Positions 1 through 64,000 of a stretch of DNA of 64,000 nt are shown here, piece after piece. Position numbers and translations under genes: made by a program. The DNA comes from Chrysomallon squamiferum. Lineage: Eukaryota > Animalia > Mollusca. The notes below the pieces were generated by a model, which worked only from the letters and a program-made list of their open reading frames with translations, searched no databases and was not told the origin of the DNA. Location of the stretch: positions 28,830,001 to 28,894,000 of the forward strand of contig CM022673.1 of the NCBI GenBank assembly GCA_012295275.1, in the 5' to 3' direction. How positions within the stretch are numbered: the stretch's first letter is position 1; every line of letters starts with the position of its first letter.

Positions 1-384
1 CACAATTTTGTTTCAGACCAATGTGTGACGATCTGGCTGTTTTCTACAACAACACACTGACGTGCACCACTGTTCTAGATAACAACGCTGACACGATGTT
101 TAATCTGATCTCACAGTTTACAGTATATATGGCCCGTGCGTACCCTTCTGTATTGATCGTCATAGCTCTACACACCACCAGCAGTCTATTAGCAACTATC
201 TGTTAACAGATCAAAGTCATAAACTGTGCATCCGTCGTATACTTGTGTGACAGATATCGACTGCGTTGTAGATTGTTACTGATTGTGACTTAGCCTGCCA
301 AAATGAGTCGTACAGTTAACGGACTACATGATTTTCCGATGATATGTTAATACATATAAAAAAAATTAAAAATTAAAAAGAATT

Positions 385-386
<2 letters not shown>

Positions 387-462
<76 letters not shown>
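387..462. repeat. (AG)n microsatellite
   Basis: perfect AG run. Confidence 0.95.
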
Positions 463-467
<5 letters not shown>

Positions 468-734
468 AAAAACCAGCATATTTCATTGTCATTCAAAGTC
501 TTATTATTTATAATGTGTTTACTGCATAGATAGGTTAATAGATAGAGGTTGGTAAGCAGGCAGAAAGGTAAATAGATACATACATACATACATACATATA
601 AACATACATACATACATACATACATACATACATACATACATAGATAAACAGATAGACAGACACTTAGATTAATTAGAAAAAATCGTTATTATCATTATCG
701 TCATCATCTTCGTTATTATTAATATATGTTTCAG

Positions 735-14674
<13,940 letters not shown>

Positions 14675-14739
14675 ACAGCAAAGACTGGCACAGATCTGAT
14701 TTCATCACCATTTGCAGGATTTTTTCTAGTGAACGCACG

Positions 14740-14776
<37 letters not shown>

Positions 14777-15820
14777 ACACAAAATATATACATGACTGGA
14801 CAATGTACAGTGTCATTCTTAGCATTACGATAAGTCAAATATGAAGCATATCAGTAAACGTCATTAGCCATGTAAATTGTCTCATAGCCATAAAATGTAA
14901 AGTTTGACTGAAGAATATGGGTCGAATGTAATTATTATTATAGGGAGAGAGATTTTTAGCATAGAATTAATTCTGACAATCATATGATGACTATCAGTAC
15001 CATCATCTCATGCTAACTTAAGTTATGAAAATAACTATAAAATTATAAAATACGCACAGGATACATTACATGTAGATAAAACAGGAGTGAATTCACACAC
15101 GCACGCACACACACACACGCACACAGACACACTAATACCTGTACAGATACACAAACAGAAACACATACATTTATCTATCTATTTGAATGTATGTATATAT
15201 GGATGTATGTGAATATATGTATATAGTACACCCTCCCACACACACACCCAGATTAAAGTTAATTTCCTGAAAGAGAGAAAATTAAAACTAGTAACAATTC
15301 AATATATACTCATTCAAAATCTAATGACAATTCAATATATACGCATTCAAAATCTGACGACAAATTTAACTTTAATTATGTTGACAACGCATAAGTGCCG
15401 TTATATGAACTGTTATTATCATAACTGCAGCTTTGAACAGTTTTAAAAATAGTGATAAATATTATGTAATACTTTCACAGAGAATTTTGCCAGAATGCCT
15501 TGCCATTCCACTTGAGTCTTTCTTTGCCTGTTTATAACTTTCAAGTGAAAAAGCTAATATTCACTTTGTAACCACCGATTTTGTTTTGTTAATGTTTCAT
15601 ATTTTTATTTTTTAAAATAATCAAACGTTGATGCTATTTTCACCATTAAATTATTATTTATTTTTGGATATAATTATTGTTATGAATTTTGTGTGTATAA
15701 AATACTGAAATAAGGTGAATTAATTTTCTTTTTTTTCTTTTTTTTAACATTAATTGATTTAATTTTTGAAAAAGTAAATGGTGCTGTTAATTTTGTGTTT
15801 AAACAAAGGTGCCATAAAAA

Positions 15821-15850
15821 AATAAATGAAAGCAATCACTCGAAAATAAA
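15821..15850 (+). terminator. candidate polyadenylation signals of the ABCB1-like gene
   Basis: AATAAA at 15821 and 15845, about 1.15 kb after the stop, with T-rich sequence downstream; the hexamer is common in AT-rich DNA. Confidence 0.3.
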
Positions 15851-16395
15851 AAAGAACTGAAATACATTTCCATGTGCAAACCATGTGTTGCTAAATTTGA
15901 ATTATATGTTTAATATATTTTGTTTTTACCGATTTTTGGGTGTTTTTTTTTGTTTGTTTTACTAAATATAAAACTGTTTCAAAAAAGAATTGTGGTTTTT
16001 GCACTGACTGTATTGTATTAATAGTGAATGTATTTATGAAATGTATTTGTTAATCCATTTTTATAAACAGTGATACTGGAGTTAATATTATTTACAGAAA
16101 TTCGTTTTTTTTTTTTAAATGTTTATTTTTATTGTCACTTTTTGGACAAATTCTATTTATTGAAAGATATATTTGTACTGATCTGTACTTGTATAATTTT
16201 TTAAACATAATAATATACAGCAAAATATTTGTATATATTGTATATATATATGAAATGTTAACAATTTTTATCATTTACTGAGATTCTGGAAACATATGAA
16301 ATTGCATTTAGAAGCTGTTTTAATTATTGCTTTGTACAGTATTTATTATTATCTGGAAATACGTTTTGCAAAGATTATCCGCACTGAAAGCGTTT

Positions 16396-16570
16396 GAAGA
16401 AAGAATATATATTTTATTTCAGGACACTCACACCATATTTCTGCAGTCTCTGTTTACATGTTATACACAGTAACAATGCAAATATTATTCAGTTAGCAGC
16501 AAGAACATTTTAATATGTACCTTCCCGAGGATTGGAAGACACCTACCATAACCTTTAATTAATCAGTCTT
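16396..16570. mobile_element. degenerate SINE-like interspersed repeat fragment
   Basis: The core TTAGCAGCAAG..ATTTTAATATGTACCTTCCC resembles 3740-3790, 3930-3975 and 25160-25210; the family assignment is from memory of gastropod repeats and is unverified. Confidence 0.35.
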
Positions 16571-17123
16571 ACGTCACATGTGTTATGGAAAACATATCAG
16601 CTGGTGCTCTAAGGAGTACTCAGTGAAATTTGCCTCATTATATTAGGACTATTACATATATTTACTTAATTACGTTTCCATAATTATGGATAATAATAAC
16701 AGTAATAATAATGATAAGTTAATGATGATAATGATGATGATAATTTACTACTACTAATACTACTTCTTCTACTATTACTACTACTAATGATGATGATTAT
16801 AAATAATTAAATAAATTTTGAATATGTGATAAATCTTTTGCATATTTAAAAATTTCTGTTCTGTTTTATTTGTTTTGATTTTTTCTTTCTTTCTTTCGTC
16901 TTCTTGTTCTTCCTTTCTTTCTTCTTCTTTTTCTTCTTAATCTCCATCTTTATTCCGCACTAGATGAACTAGAACGAAAAAAAAACTAAAAGCGAAACAA
17001 AACTGCAACAACAAAAAAAGAAACCCCCAAAACCCACCAAATAAAAAACAGCCAAAAACACTAAAATAAATAAATTAATAAATAAATAATTAATTAATAA
17101 TAATGATGATGATGATGATGATG

Positions 17124-17191
<68 letters not shown>

Positions 17192-18068
17192 AAAATAAAA
17201 TAAAATAAAACAAAATATAATAAAAACAAGACAAACAATTGTAAAACAAACAAATTTAGGATAACTGAAAAAGAAATTAAAACATAACTATTTTCATGTA
17301 CATCTACAATAACATTGTGTTTATGCTGCCTAACGCTAATACGTATACAACCAATAATTCACTATGTTTAAAACACGCACACCTATAGAGATAAATTACA
17401 GTAAGTATTGTTGTAAGTAAACGAACAAAATGAGCTACGTCAAAAACAAAATTATTAAAGTTGATTAATATATCCTGATTGCTACAATAGTTTTAAATTC
17501 AATAAAAGTCTGAATAACAATAGTTATAATGACGTCCGTATACAGAGCTCCATGACGATATGACGTTATCATTTTGTGACGTAATAGACCATGAAACTCT
17601 CAATGGCAGCCTATACGTCATTCATAAATTATGATTTTTCTGATGTTAGTTCAATATATAAATTTTCTGGTGATTCAAACGTATATCATAGACCAATGGT
17701 TTATGTTATATTTTGCTTCAGCTAGTTGTATTGCATTCATTCTCCTACATTTGTACGTACAAACTAAAACACGTTATTTTAAATCTCGGAAACGGAGTAA
17801 GGTAAGTTAACACCTCACGACAACAATGATTTTTCGTCTTCTTTTTTCTTTTCTTTTTCTTTCTTTCTGTTTGTTTTTAATTTTTTTTTATATCTTGGTT
17901 GAGAATCTTTTCTCTCTCTCACTCCACAAACACACACACTCAAAAGTAAGAATAAAAATTAAAAAATTAAAAATTAAACAACATTAACAGTAATAACGAA
18001 ATAATAATTTAAAATAAATAAGATAAATATTTAAAAAGTATTTATTATTTCACATAATAATAATAATA

Positions 18069-18106
<38 letters not shown>

Positions 18107-18981
18107 GATTTACGGAGGATATATGAACTATATTTTGTTAATATGATTTTTAAATATTATAAATAAAGCAAATTAACTTATAATGATATTAATATTTTAA
18201 TGTTATATATATATATAGTAGTTATATGGATTTATTTATTTGTTTTGCAGTTACTTCGATTAAAAAAGTGGAAGAACTTATGCCTAAAGATTCTCATTGA
18301 ATCTATTTATAAGGTAAACAATGAAATAAAATGTTATTATTGGTTTTGTTATACAAAGAATGGTACCATTAACTTTTAGCGGATACCTTCAGCGTTCTGA
18401 ATGTGTAACACTTTAAAAAAAACATTGTCAGGTCATTAGTAAGAACCCAGTTCAAAGGCATATATGATAATTTTATATATTGCTTGATTTGGGAACTTTA
18501 CCGTTCTAACTAGAGCTCCATACATTTATCACAAGCTAAGGGAACTGAGCTCGATATAAAACATCCATTAGCTCTGGTCAAGCAGTAACCTGAGATACGA
18601 CAGTGCATATTTCTGAAATATATTTATATATATGATGTTTTACCCCGTTTTATAGTTAGTTAAGTTATAGGGGACATTAAACTAAAATTCAGCAATGAAT
18701 TCAACAAAATTAAAATGGTCTAAATGTGTTTTAAACTTTTAATTTACTCTAAACATTATCATAATAAATTCGGAGCTAACTTCAGAGTAAACAGTTATAT
18801 CGTGAACAAGACAAATACAAATATTTTATATTAAGGAAAGCTTGTATTGATGTTGTTTTGCTTTTTAAATTCGAATTCACAAATTATGAATTGCTTGATG
18901 CGTCACAACTTATCTCCCATATGCGCCGAATGACGCTTTCTGCAGAGGGAATCCTCGGCGAGCTCATGTCATACTTCATTT

Positions 18982-18991
18982 CCTTATTTGG
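18982..18991 (+). promoter_or_regulatory. CArG box (SRF site) upstream of vinculin
   Basis: CCTTATTTGG matches CC(A/T)6GG, about 540 bp upstream of the vinculin ATG in a locally CpG-richer block; TATAAAT at 19104-19110. Confidence 0.5.
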
Positions 18992-19527
18992 AAACACCCA
19001 TGTGCATGACAAAGATAGCTGGTGTTATGTTTCAGGGATTCCCTTCTGATATCTTCCAACTACCGTTAAGCAATACATAGATAAGAAAATGACCGTGAAT
19101 TAGTATAAATTCCTTAAAGTATATTTTTTCATTTTATTTATTTACTGGCAAATACTTAAACCGATCGGGATAAATAAAGAAATTTTGACAAGGGCGATCT
19201 CTGTTTACCATACGACTTATTTCAAATATAATTATAAATTAAACAAAAGATTTCCAAATTATAAAATAATACCTTAGAAAAATAGAACAATTAATATATA
19301 AAGGTGTTTAGAAGATGAATGGAAACGCAGTTTAATTGTTCTTATTAAAGAATAATAGTACAACTGAAATATTCTACGGAGGCACCAAATCAGTTGTCTA
19401 GAAAATAGTATCTGTGCTTCTGCAAGATCATTTGGAAAGTCTGCGGCCGGTCGGAGAAAGTGCATTAATGTTTGGACGTGTTTGCGGCTGTATGTTATAG
19501 GTTTTATCATTGAACTAGAAAGTCAAA

Positions 19528-56944
<37,417 letters not shown>

Positions 56945-58049
56945 ACGTCATCTGTCTGTCTGTCTGTGTGTGTGTCTGTGTGTGTGCTGGGTCTGCCTGC
57001 AACAGCCTCAGCTCACCCAGGAGCATTCATACTCATATATTTTTAATATTTAAGGTGCCTACAGCATAGTCAGTGTATGGGATTGTATTCAGACGTACTC
57101 TCGACAGACTCTCTATCTCAGAGGTGGTTGAGAGTTGATGTGTTGCTGCACAAACAAGTCATTGTAGACAAGATCTGACTATTGTTCTTTGTATTGTTTT
57201 TTTTTTTTTATTATTACTATAAAACTTTAATAATGGTGGTTGTATTAATGGAACTGAAATAGAGGATCATGTTAAATAATTATAAAAAAAAAAAAAGCTG
57301 CTTGGAAAGGTATTGAATATTAGGAGGATTGTAACATTGGTCTTTTTTTTTCATTTTTTTTTTCATTCAATTTGATTCAGTCAGAAAGGCAGTTGTCCAG
57401 GTTTGGTTCTGAAAAGAACTTCATAGTTCTAAATTGGGTGATTTTTCAACAGGACTAAAAGTCTAGATATAACTTACATTAAAAAAAAACCTTTTATAAA
57501 TTAAAATTCTTTATATTATTTATAATCATGATATATTGGCCTTAACTTGTGTTTAGAAAACAAATAGAAATAATAATCATTTTACATGTTTTATGCAAAA
57601 AACAGATCAATCAGGGTAGCATGCAGTAAATCTGTTCAAAATCAAAGTGGAAACTGTAAATTAATTTACTCTTATTTAAATTGTGTACTTAAACACGGTA
57701 GGAAAACCTGAAGCAGAAATTATTAAACTCTTGTTAAAATGTAGTGAGCTGAGATTGTAAACCAGAATAACATTGGTTTATAATTAATTATTTAACCACT
57801 GGAAAATGACAAATTATTAACAGGTTTTTGGAAGCATTAATTCTGTCTATTTACTTCAGACAATGTCTCCTTTAATAGGTGAGTTTTATTTGTTGATTTT
57901 TTTGCAGATATTTCTGTATTGAAGCATTCAGTACTGAGAGACAGTTTATATTATGGTGCAAGAACCAATGTTTTATAACACTCAATAACCCCAGCATTAA
58001 AAATTAATGTTACCAAAATATCTTGGCAAATATAACAAGAACAAGAACT

Positions 58050-58086
<37 letters not shown>

Positions 58087-58640
58087 TAAACTCAATGTCC
58101 AATGCAATTTCTTTAAGTTCATGCTTGATTATGATGATTTGAAATCTCCACAGGAGGTCAGTGTTTCTGCTGCTGATGTAGTTATGTGTTTTATCTGATG
58201 GAGTCAAAAGTACTGGGATGCACTTTCAGTGCTGCAATGTGCCAAGTCTGTCTAGCAGGAAGAATACATACATCGATAAAAATGGTGCTAGTTTTTAAAA
58301 ATTGTTTTTGTTTTGGGACAAATCAGTTGTGCTTTGTTAATCTTTTTTCTTTTCCTTAAGTTTTTTTTTTTTTTTTTTTTTTACTTTTTGTTTTATTATC
58401 AACCAGTATTTAATTTGAATTTTGTTTTTGGTTGGGTAAATGTTTTTTTTTTTTTTTTTTTTGTCTTTCTCCAAACCACATGAAATTTTGTTTCCTTTTG
58501 CATTTATCACTTTTACCTTTGCAATATTATTTTCTTTGTTTATTGTTTGTTTTGTAGAAATTGTCTCCTTATTAAGGAAAGGTTATAAGAAACATTTAAA
58601 TGTTTGTCAGAAAATGTAGTTAACAGTTCCTTTGAAGATC

Positions 58641-58642
<2 letters not shown>

Positions 58643-58723
<81 letters not shown>

Positions 58724-58826
58724 ACTCACTCACTCACTCACTCAAAAAATATATATATATATATATATAGATATTCCAGACTCACTCACTCACTCAAAAT
58801 ATATATATATATATATATATATTCCA
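58643..58826. repeat. compound (CT)n(CACT)n(TA)n microsatellite in the vinculin 3' region
   Basis: the (CACT)n-A4/5-(TA)n-TTCCAG block is itself duplicated. Confidence 0.9.
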
Positions 58827-59433
58827 GTGATGTCAACAAGAAATATAATTAACAATATCTCAAAACTCAAACTAAAAAAAACATCTAGTGAAATAGTCAC
58901 ATAAAGAAATGATGAAGAATTATGTCTAAGTACCTTGGGGATCTTACAATCTGAATTTTTATACAAGACAGTCTCTTTCAACCTTTCCTTAACAAGATGG
59001 CCAGTTTTATTTGAATACAACAGAGTCAGTGGAAATACCTCTTCTCTGTTTTGTTAAGTTTACTTTCACGTTTGTTTTCATTAATTATCAGTTTGCTTTT
59101 TAGGTTACAATTATATTTAATAAACTGCTTCAGAACATCTTGTTTATATATGACTCAGCAAAATACATGGTGTTCATAATATATGCTAATTTATTTACAT
59201 AATTGTTGTATTAATATTATAGGTAGTAATTTTTTATTTAATTTCTTTTTTTTTTCTTTTTTTTACAATTTGTATTAGTAAAAGTGTAGTGGTTATAAGT
59301 ATATGCATATGCTTACACATGTATAAAGTGTGTGTATGCATGTGTGTATGTGTGTGCCCAGAAATATGAAATGTATAGATTGTATGCATTTTTACTTAGG
59401 CTGCATGCATATATTTATTTAATTAATTTTTTC

Positions 59434-59439
59434 AATAAA
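59434..59439 (+). terminator. candidate vinculin polyadenylation signal
   Basis: AATAAA followed about 20 nt later by a T/GT-rich tract; implies a ~2.5 kb 3' UTR. Other AATAAA hexamers occur nearby. Confidence 0.35.
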
Positions 59440-59820
59440 CTGTGATTTTTATAGAAAGGCTTTTTGTTTTATTTTGTTATTACTTATATTTATATTATTT
59501 ATATTTATTTTTAAACTGAGCAAGATGTTATATATTTCTCAAATGTAAGAAGTGAACATATTATGCAATATTTAAATAAATTTTAATTATGATAATGTTG
59601 AAACAAAAAGAATAGGAAAACTAACTAAATAAAAAATTAAAAAAAATTAAAAAAATTAAAAATTAAAAATTAAAAAAAATTAAGTTGACATTAGAAAAGT
59701 ACAATAAAATTACAATAAACTTCTGAATTTTTCTCTAAACATTACATCACTGTTTTTGTACAAAAGCTGTATTCTTTGCAGAGCTCATTTCAGATTGCAA
59801 CCATTATGAGAATCAGTCAT

Positions 59821-59867
59821 TTAGGTCATCATAATGAAGATGGCCATGACCTCAGCAAGCTTATACT
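59821..59867 (-). CDS. PAN-protein exon 5 (last)
   Basis: tttcag acceptor; [15 protein letters not shown]-stop. Confidence 0.75.
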
Positions 59868-59994
59868 CTGAAATTAAAGTATATTTAAATTAACTGTTAT
59901 AATAATAATAATGATGGAGTTTATATATATATGAAGATGAATCAGTGAAATGATAAACCAGAGAATACAGTCATTTTTCTTTTCTGTGTCATAT

Positions 59995-60029
<35 letters not shown>

Positions 60030-60364
60030 TTAATTTATTTTTATTTTTATCTTTTTGTAACTTTCTGAAAAATTTTTTCTTCTCTCTCTCTCTCTGATTT
60101 CTTTATACAGAAACTTTATTTAACTGAAAGATTTTACCTCCAGTGGAAAAAGATGAATAGGTATTTTTTGGTGAATACAAGAACTGTGGTGGTGGTTGGA
60201 TTGTGTCGAAGATACACCAGTTGCTCTCTCTGTTGAGTACAGTCAACCATTCGTGATTACTGCAGTCAGAGATCATTGTCGCATTTGTAATGTAAAACTT
60301 TCGAGTAAACAATCTGAAATAGTTTCAATGAAAAAATGTATCAATCTGATACACATTACACAAT

Positions 60365-60432
<68 letters not shown>

Positions 60433-62430
60433 TTTTTTTTTTCTTCTTTTATTCAAGCAATTACATTAAGAAATTTGAATTATTATAAATAAATATGTTT
60501 AAGATAACAAACTCTACCCTGAAAGAGAAAATATTGCTGCTCCCCCTGGAACAAGATCACCCCACGGCGAAGACAGGAGTCGCCTCAGACTGAACCAGTC
60601 GCTGTTGGTGCTGTTGACACCATCGAACATCAAACTGGCAACCTCACTGCCATTTTCATACAAAACCAGTCGTACCTGTAAATAAAATGTGAGATAATTA
60701 GTCCTGTTACATCTCTCTTACATAATTCAAGTTTTTGTGTTTTTTGTGTGTGTGTGTGTGTGTGTGTTTTCGTATAGCCCTGACTCTCATCTCTTTCTTA
60801 CATAATTCTTACGTTCTTGTGTCCTTTGTGTGTTTACTGACCAGTCTGTTAATTATTTTTATTATTTACCGAACCATGCATACTTTAATGAGCGCTCAGC
60901 ATCCATAAAAAAAAAAAAAAAAAAAAAAAAATTGTTTTACACATGGACAGACATACGGACAGAGATAGACAAATAGATTCGTAGTTATACAGATGGTTTG
61001 ATAAACGAATAGAAAGAGATAAATACAGACAAAGAAACAGAGCCATAGATAGATAGATAGATAGATAGATAAAGAGATAGATAGATAAAGAGATAGATAG
61101 ATAGATAAAAAGATAGATAGATAGATAGATAAAGAGATAGATAGATACACAGATGGATACAAAGAAAGCGATAATAAGATACTGAGATGGAATGAGAGAA
61201 ACAGATATTTAGAGGGGAGACAGACATGAAGAAAGAATTAGAGAGACGTAGAAGAAAGGGAGTGAACAAATAAAGACAAAAAACAAAACGTTGACAACGC
61301 TAACTTTGGCGATAGGCGCGGTGTCCCAGTCATCCAGCCAGTGAGATCGGAAATGAGTGGATCTGGGTACTGCGTACTTGGAGAAAAGCGCTGGATCCTG
61401 ACTGCTGAGGTCAAGGTCGTGCGACAACCCGTATGCGTTCCACACGTCAGTAATTGGAACGTTTATTCCACTTTTTGCCAGAAAAGCAAGAATCCAGCCG
61501 TTTTCTGTCACTGCAATAATGAAATTTCTTAAATCGTTTTGTTCTAAAAAATCTTAAAGAAACATTAAATATAAAGGATTTTCGTACAAACCCCCCACCC
61601 CAAAACAAACGTGTAAGATTTATATACAGCCTATAGAGGACGAAATTATTATTAAAATAAACAAATCTAGTGAGATGGAGAGTTCAGTGAGAAAGGGGGA
61701 GAGACGACTTTGATCTGGTAAATTTGCATTAACTTCCACCTCTTTTCTTTTTCTTTTCATGTACATCAGTTTATTGTCATATTAATTTTAATCATAAATG
61801 CGCATTTTTTTTTTTTTTTTTTTTTTTTTTCTTTTCCTAATCAAAATATTTGTTGAATATTTTCTCTAACAAAAGATTATATTTCTTCCATAATACACTC
61901 AAAGAAGCTTCGATTAAACCTGATTACTCTCAAGAGAGGAGTTAAACATAAAAGGAACTGATATAGATTAATGTAACTAAAACGTTTCTCTGTTAAATAC
62001 AACAGCCACGTTTATTTCGTAGAAAGATATACAAGTTAAATATTATTCCAAACGCGGACTGTCACTGATAAATATTTACTTTCGTTTGCTAATAATCCAA
62101 GAGATTTGATACTGTTGTTTTTTATGAAACAAAGGAAACTAGAGGTAACTGAAGTAAACAATGGAAAACATTTTGTAGAATGGCGCATCAAGTACCTGAA
62201 AGTGCGACTGGGTTATCTTCCGATGATTCATTCATTTTATCATTTTAGGAAATTCAAACAGCATTCGTGTGATTGCCTGCCTATTTAAAAATGATCTGAA
62301 ATTATTCTGTTATTAATTTATTATATCTGTTGAGATGAATCCACTGCAAGATCAGTTTGATCCACTTTGATTTTTTATCAGTGAATTCTAATCAGGCGTC
62401 ATTTTGAGAGACAACGTATAAACTGTTTCG

Positions 62431-62471
<41 letters not shown>

Positions 62472-63107
62472 TTTCTTTTTGTAAGGTACAGCTATTCTGT
62501 CGAAATAATTTTGTGATACCTTGCAATACAGCAAATTTACATTTATTTATTTATTTATTTATTTATTTATTTTTGACATTTTTTTATTATTATTATTTTT
62601 TTTAATGCTGATTAATATTAAAGAATCTTCGTTCATTTCTTTCTTTCTCGAGTATTTGATTATTTTTTTCAATATATAATAATTAAGTAAGCTAACCAAG
62701 AAATATATTTAATAATAAATAAAAAAAATAGATAAATAAACCAACAAAAATACTACTACTATACTATTGCTACTACTACAACTAATAATATGATGAAGAA
62801 AAGAAATAAAATATATATATATGTATATATATGTGTGTATGTGTGTATGTATATATGTATGTATGTATATATATATATATATGTATATGTATGTATGTAT
62901 ATATACGTATATGTATGTTTGTGTGTGTGTATGTATGTATTATGTATGTATGTGTATGTATTATGTATGCGTGTGTGTGTATGTATGTATGTATGTATGT
63001 ATGTATGTATTATGTATATATGTATGTATGTATGTATGTATTATGTATGTATGTATTATGTATATATGTATTATGTATGTATGTATGTATGTATATATAT
63101 ATGTATG

Positions 63108-63170
<63 letters not shown>

Positions 63171-63502
63171 GTATGTATACTATTAAACCTACCGCCTTTT
63201 GGAACAGGCCCATAATAGTTCCAGTCGGTACTTGCAATGGCGTTTGCTCCGAAATCGTACAGACTTTGAAAGTTGAGTTGACATGTGCCGTCGTCTGGTC
63301 TGAAGTTGAAACTGACACAGGTGTCTGTGGTCTGGCAGATGATAGCGCAGTAGGAGCTCGTGAGCCCGCACAGGTCTCCCAGACATTCCCTCGCCGTGGA
63401 GTTCTCCAGTCGCAAGGCCGGCTTTCTATAAAATATTTCTCCCAAAATTAATCGTAATGAAAAAAGAAGTAATCCAAGAAGAATGACAAACGCCGTTTCC
63501 AT
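59821..63502 (-). CDS. secreted PAN/apple-domain protein with an uncharacterised C-terminal domain (298 aa, 5 exons)
   Basis: Minus-strand exons 63502-63193, 61510-61305, 60675-60518, 60313-60138 and 59867-59821(TAA) join in frame with GT-AG boundaries (897 nt). Hydrophobic signal-peptide-like N-terminus; PAN-like [26 protein letters not shown]. Confidence 0.85.
60138..60313 (-). CDS. PAN-protein exon 4
   Basis: [48 protein letters not shown]. Confidence 0.8.
60518..60675 (-). CDS. PAN-protein exon 3
   Basis: [41 protein letters not shown]...FSLSG. Confidence 0.82.
61045..61146. repeat. (ATAG)n microsatellite
   Basis: interrupted ATAG array. Confidence 0.9.
61305..61510 (-). CDS. PAN-protein exon 2
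   Basis: [25 protein letters not shown]...[11 protein letters not shown]. Confidence 0.82.
62810..63178. repeat. (TA/TATG)n microsatellite
   Basis: compound array in intron 1 of the PAN gene. Confidence 0.92.
63193..63502 (-). CDS. PAN-protein exon 1 (signal peptide + PAN/apple domain)
   Basis: [21 protein letters not shown]...[16 protein letters not shown]...CQLN...WNYY; donor G|gtaggt. Confidence 0.85.
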
Positions 63503-63878
63503 TGTGAAAATTAGTAAGATTTTTTGAAGTTTAATTCTGAATGTGTTTTTTTTTTTTTTTTTTTTTTATACTGGAATTTGTTTTGTTTTGTTTAATGCGT
63601 CTGTTACGTTCGTTAAATTGTATCCCATTTATTTCGACACAAAACTGTTTCGGAAAGCCTGCTTTTATTAATTTCAGCAGAAGAAAATCGAATATCTGAT
63701 ATGTAATTTTTAAAGTTGAAATAAATATTCTGTAAGTCGAAAGAAGAAAACACGTCTGCTGTTTAAATCTGGTGTCGTCTGCTTAACATAAATTGTCCAA
63801 TAGAATTCTGTTTGGATTTCAAATTGTTAATCAATATGGGAATCAACTACGAATTAATCTAATTATAGATGATATTTG

Positions 63879-63915
<37 letters not shown>

Positions 63916-64000
63916 TCTATTATCTTAAGTGACTGCCAAGGCCACAGAAAATTAAAGTTTTTGTTTTGCGTTCGAAGTGAATAATTTTATATAATTATTC

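Noticed and set aside
21-206. 61-aa ORF at the window start
   Set aside because: No similarity to ABCB N-terminal sequence and no splice-consistent link to the exon at 735; probably intronic.
62790-63451. Long plus-strand Tyr/Val/Cys/Met ORFs
   Set aside because: (TA/TATG)n microsatellite plus the antisense of PAN exon 1.

Overview
AT-rich, microsatellite-rich animal genomic DNA with GT-AG introns. An invertebrate origin is likely, probably a gastropod mollusc (inferred from the proteins and repeats). I hand-spliced three protein-coding genes. (1) The 3' 23 exons of a full-type ABCB1/P-glycoprotein-like transporter (+, 735-14674; the 5' end lies outside the window), including a frame-essential 16-nt microexon in the linker. 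(2) A complete vinculin gene (+, 19528-56944; 21 core exons, about 960 aa) with an apparent 1-nt frameshift in exon 8 and a CArG box upstream. (3) A convergent 5-exon gene (-, 63502-59821; 298 aa) for a secreted PAN/apple-domain protein with an unnamed C-terminal domain. The most striking unexplained structure is a set of at least five frame-preserving candidate cassette exons or microexons inside the large vinculin introns: three in the proline-rich linker and two in tail-domain loops. They suggest an undescribed combinatorial splicing system. All models come from reading the sequence only; no transcript or database evidence was available.
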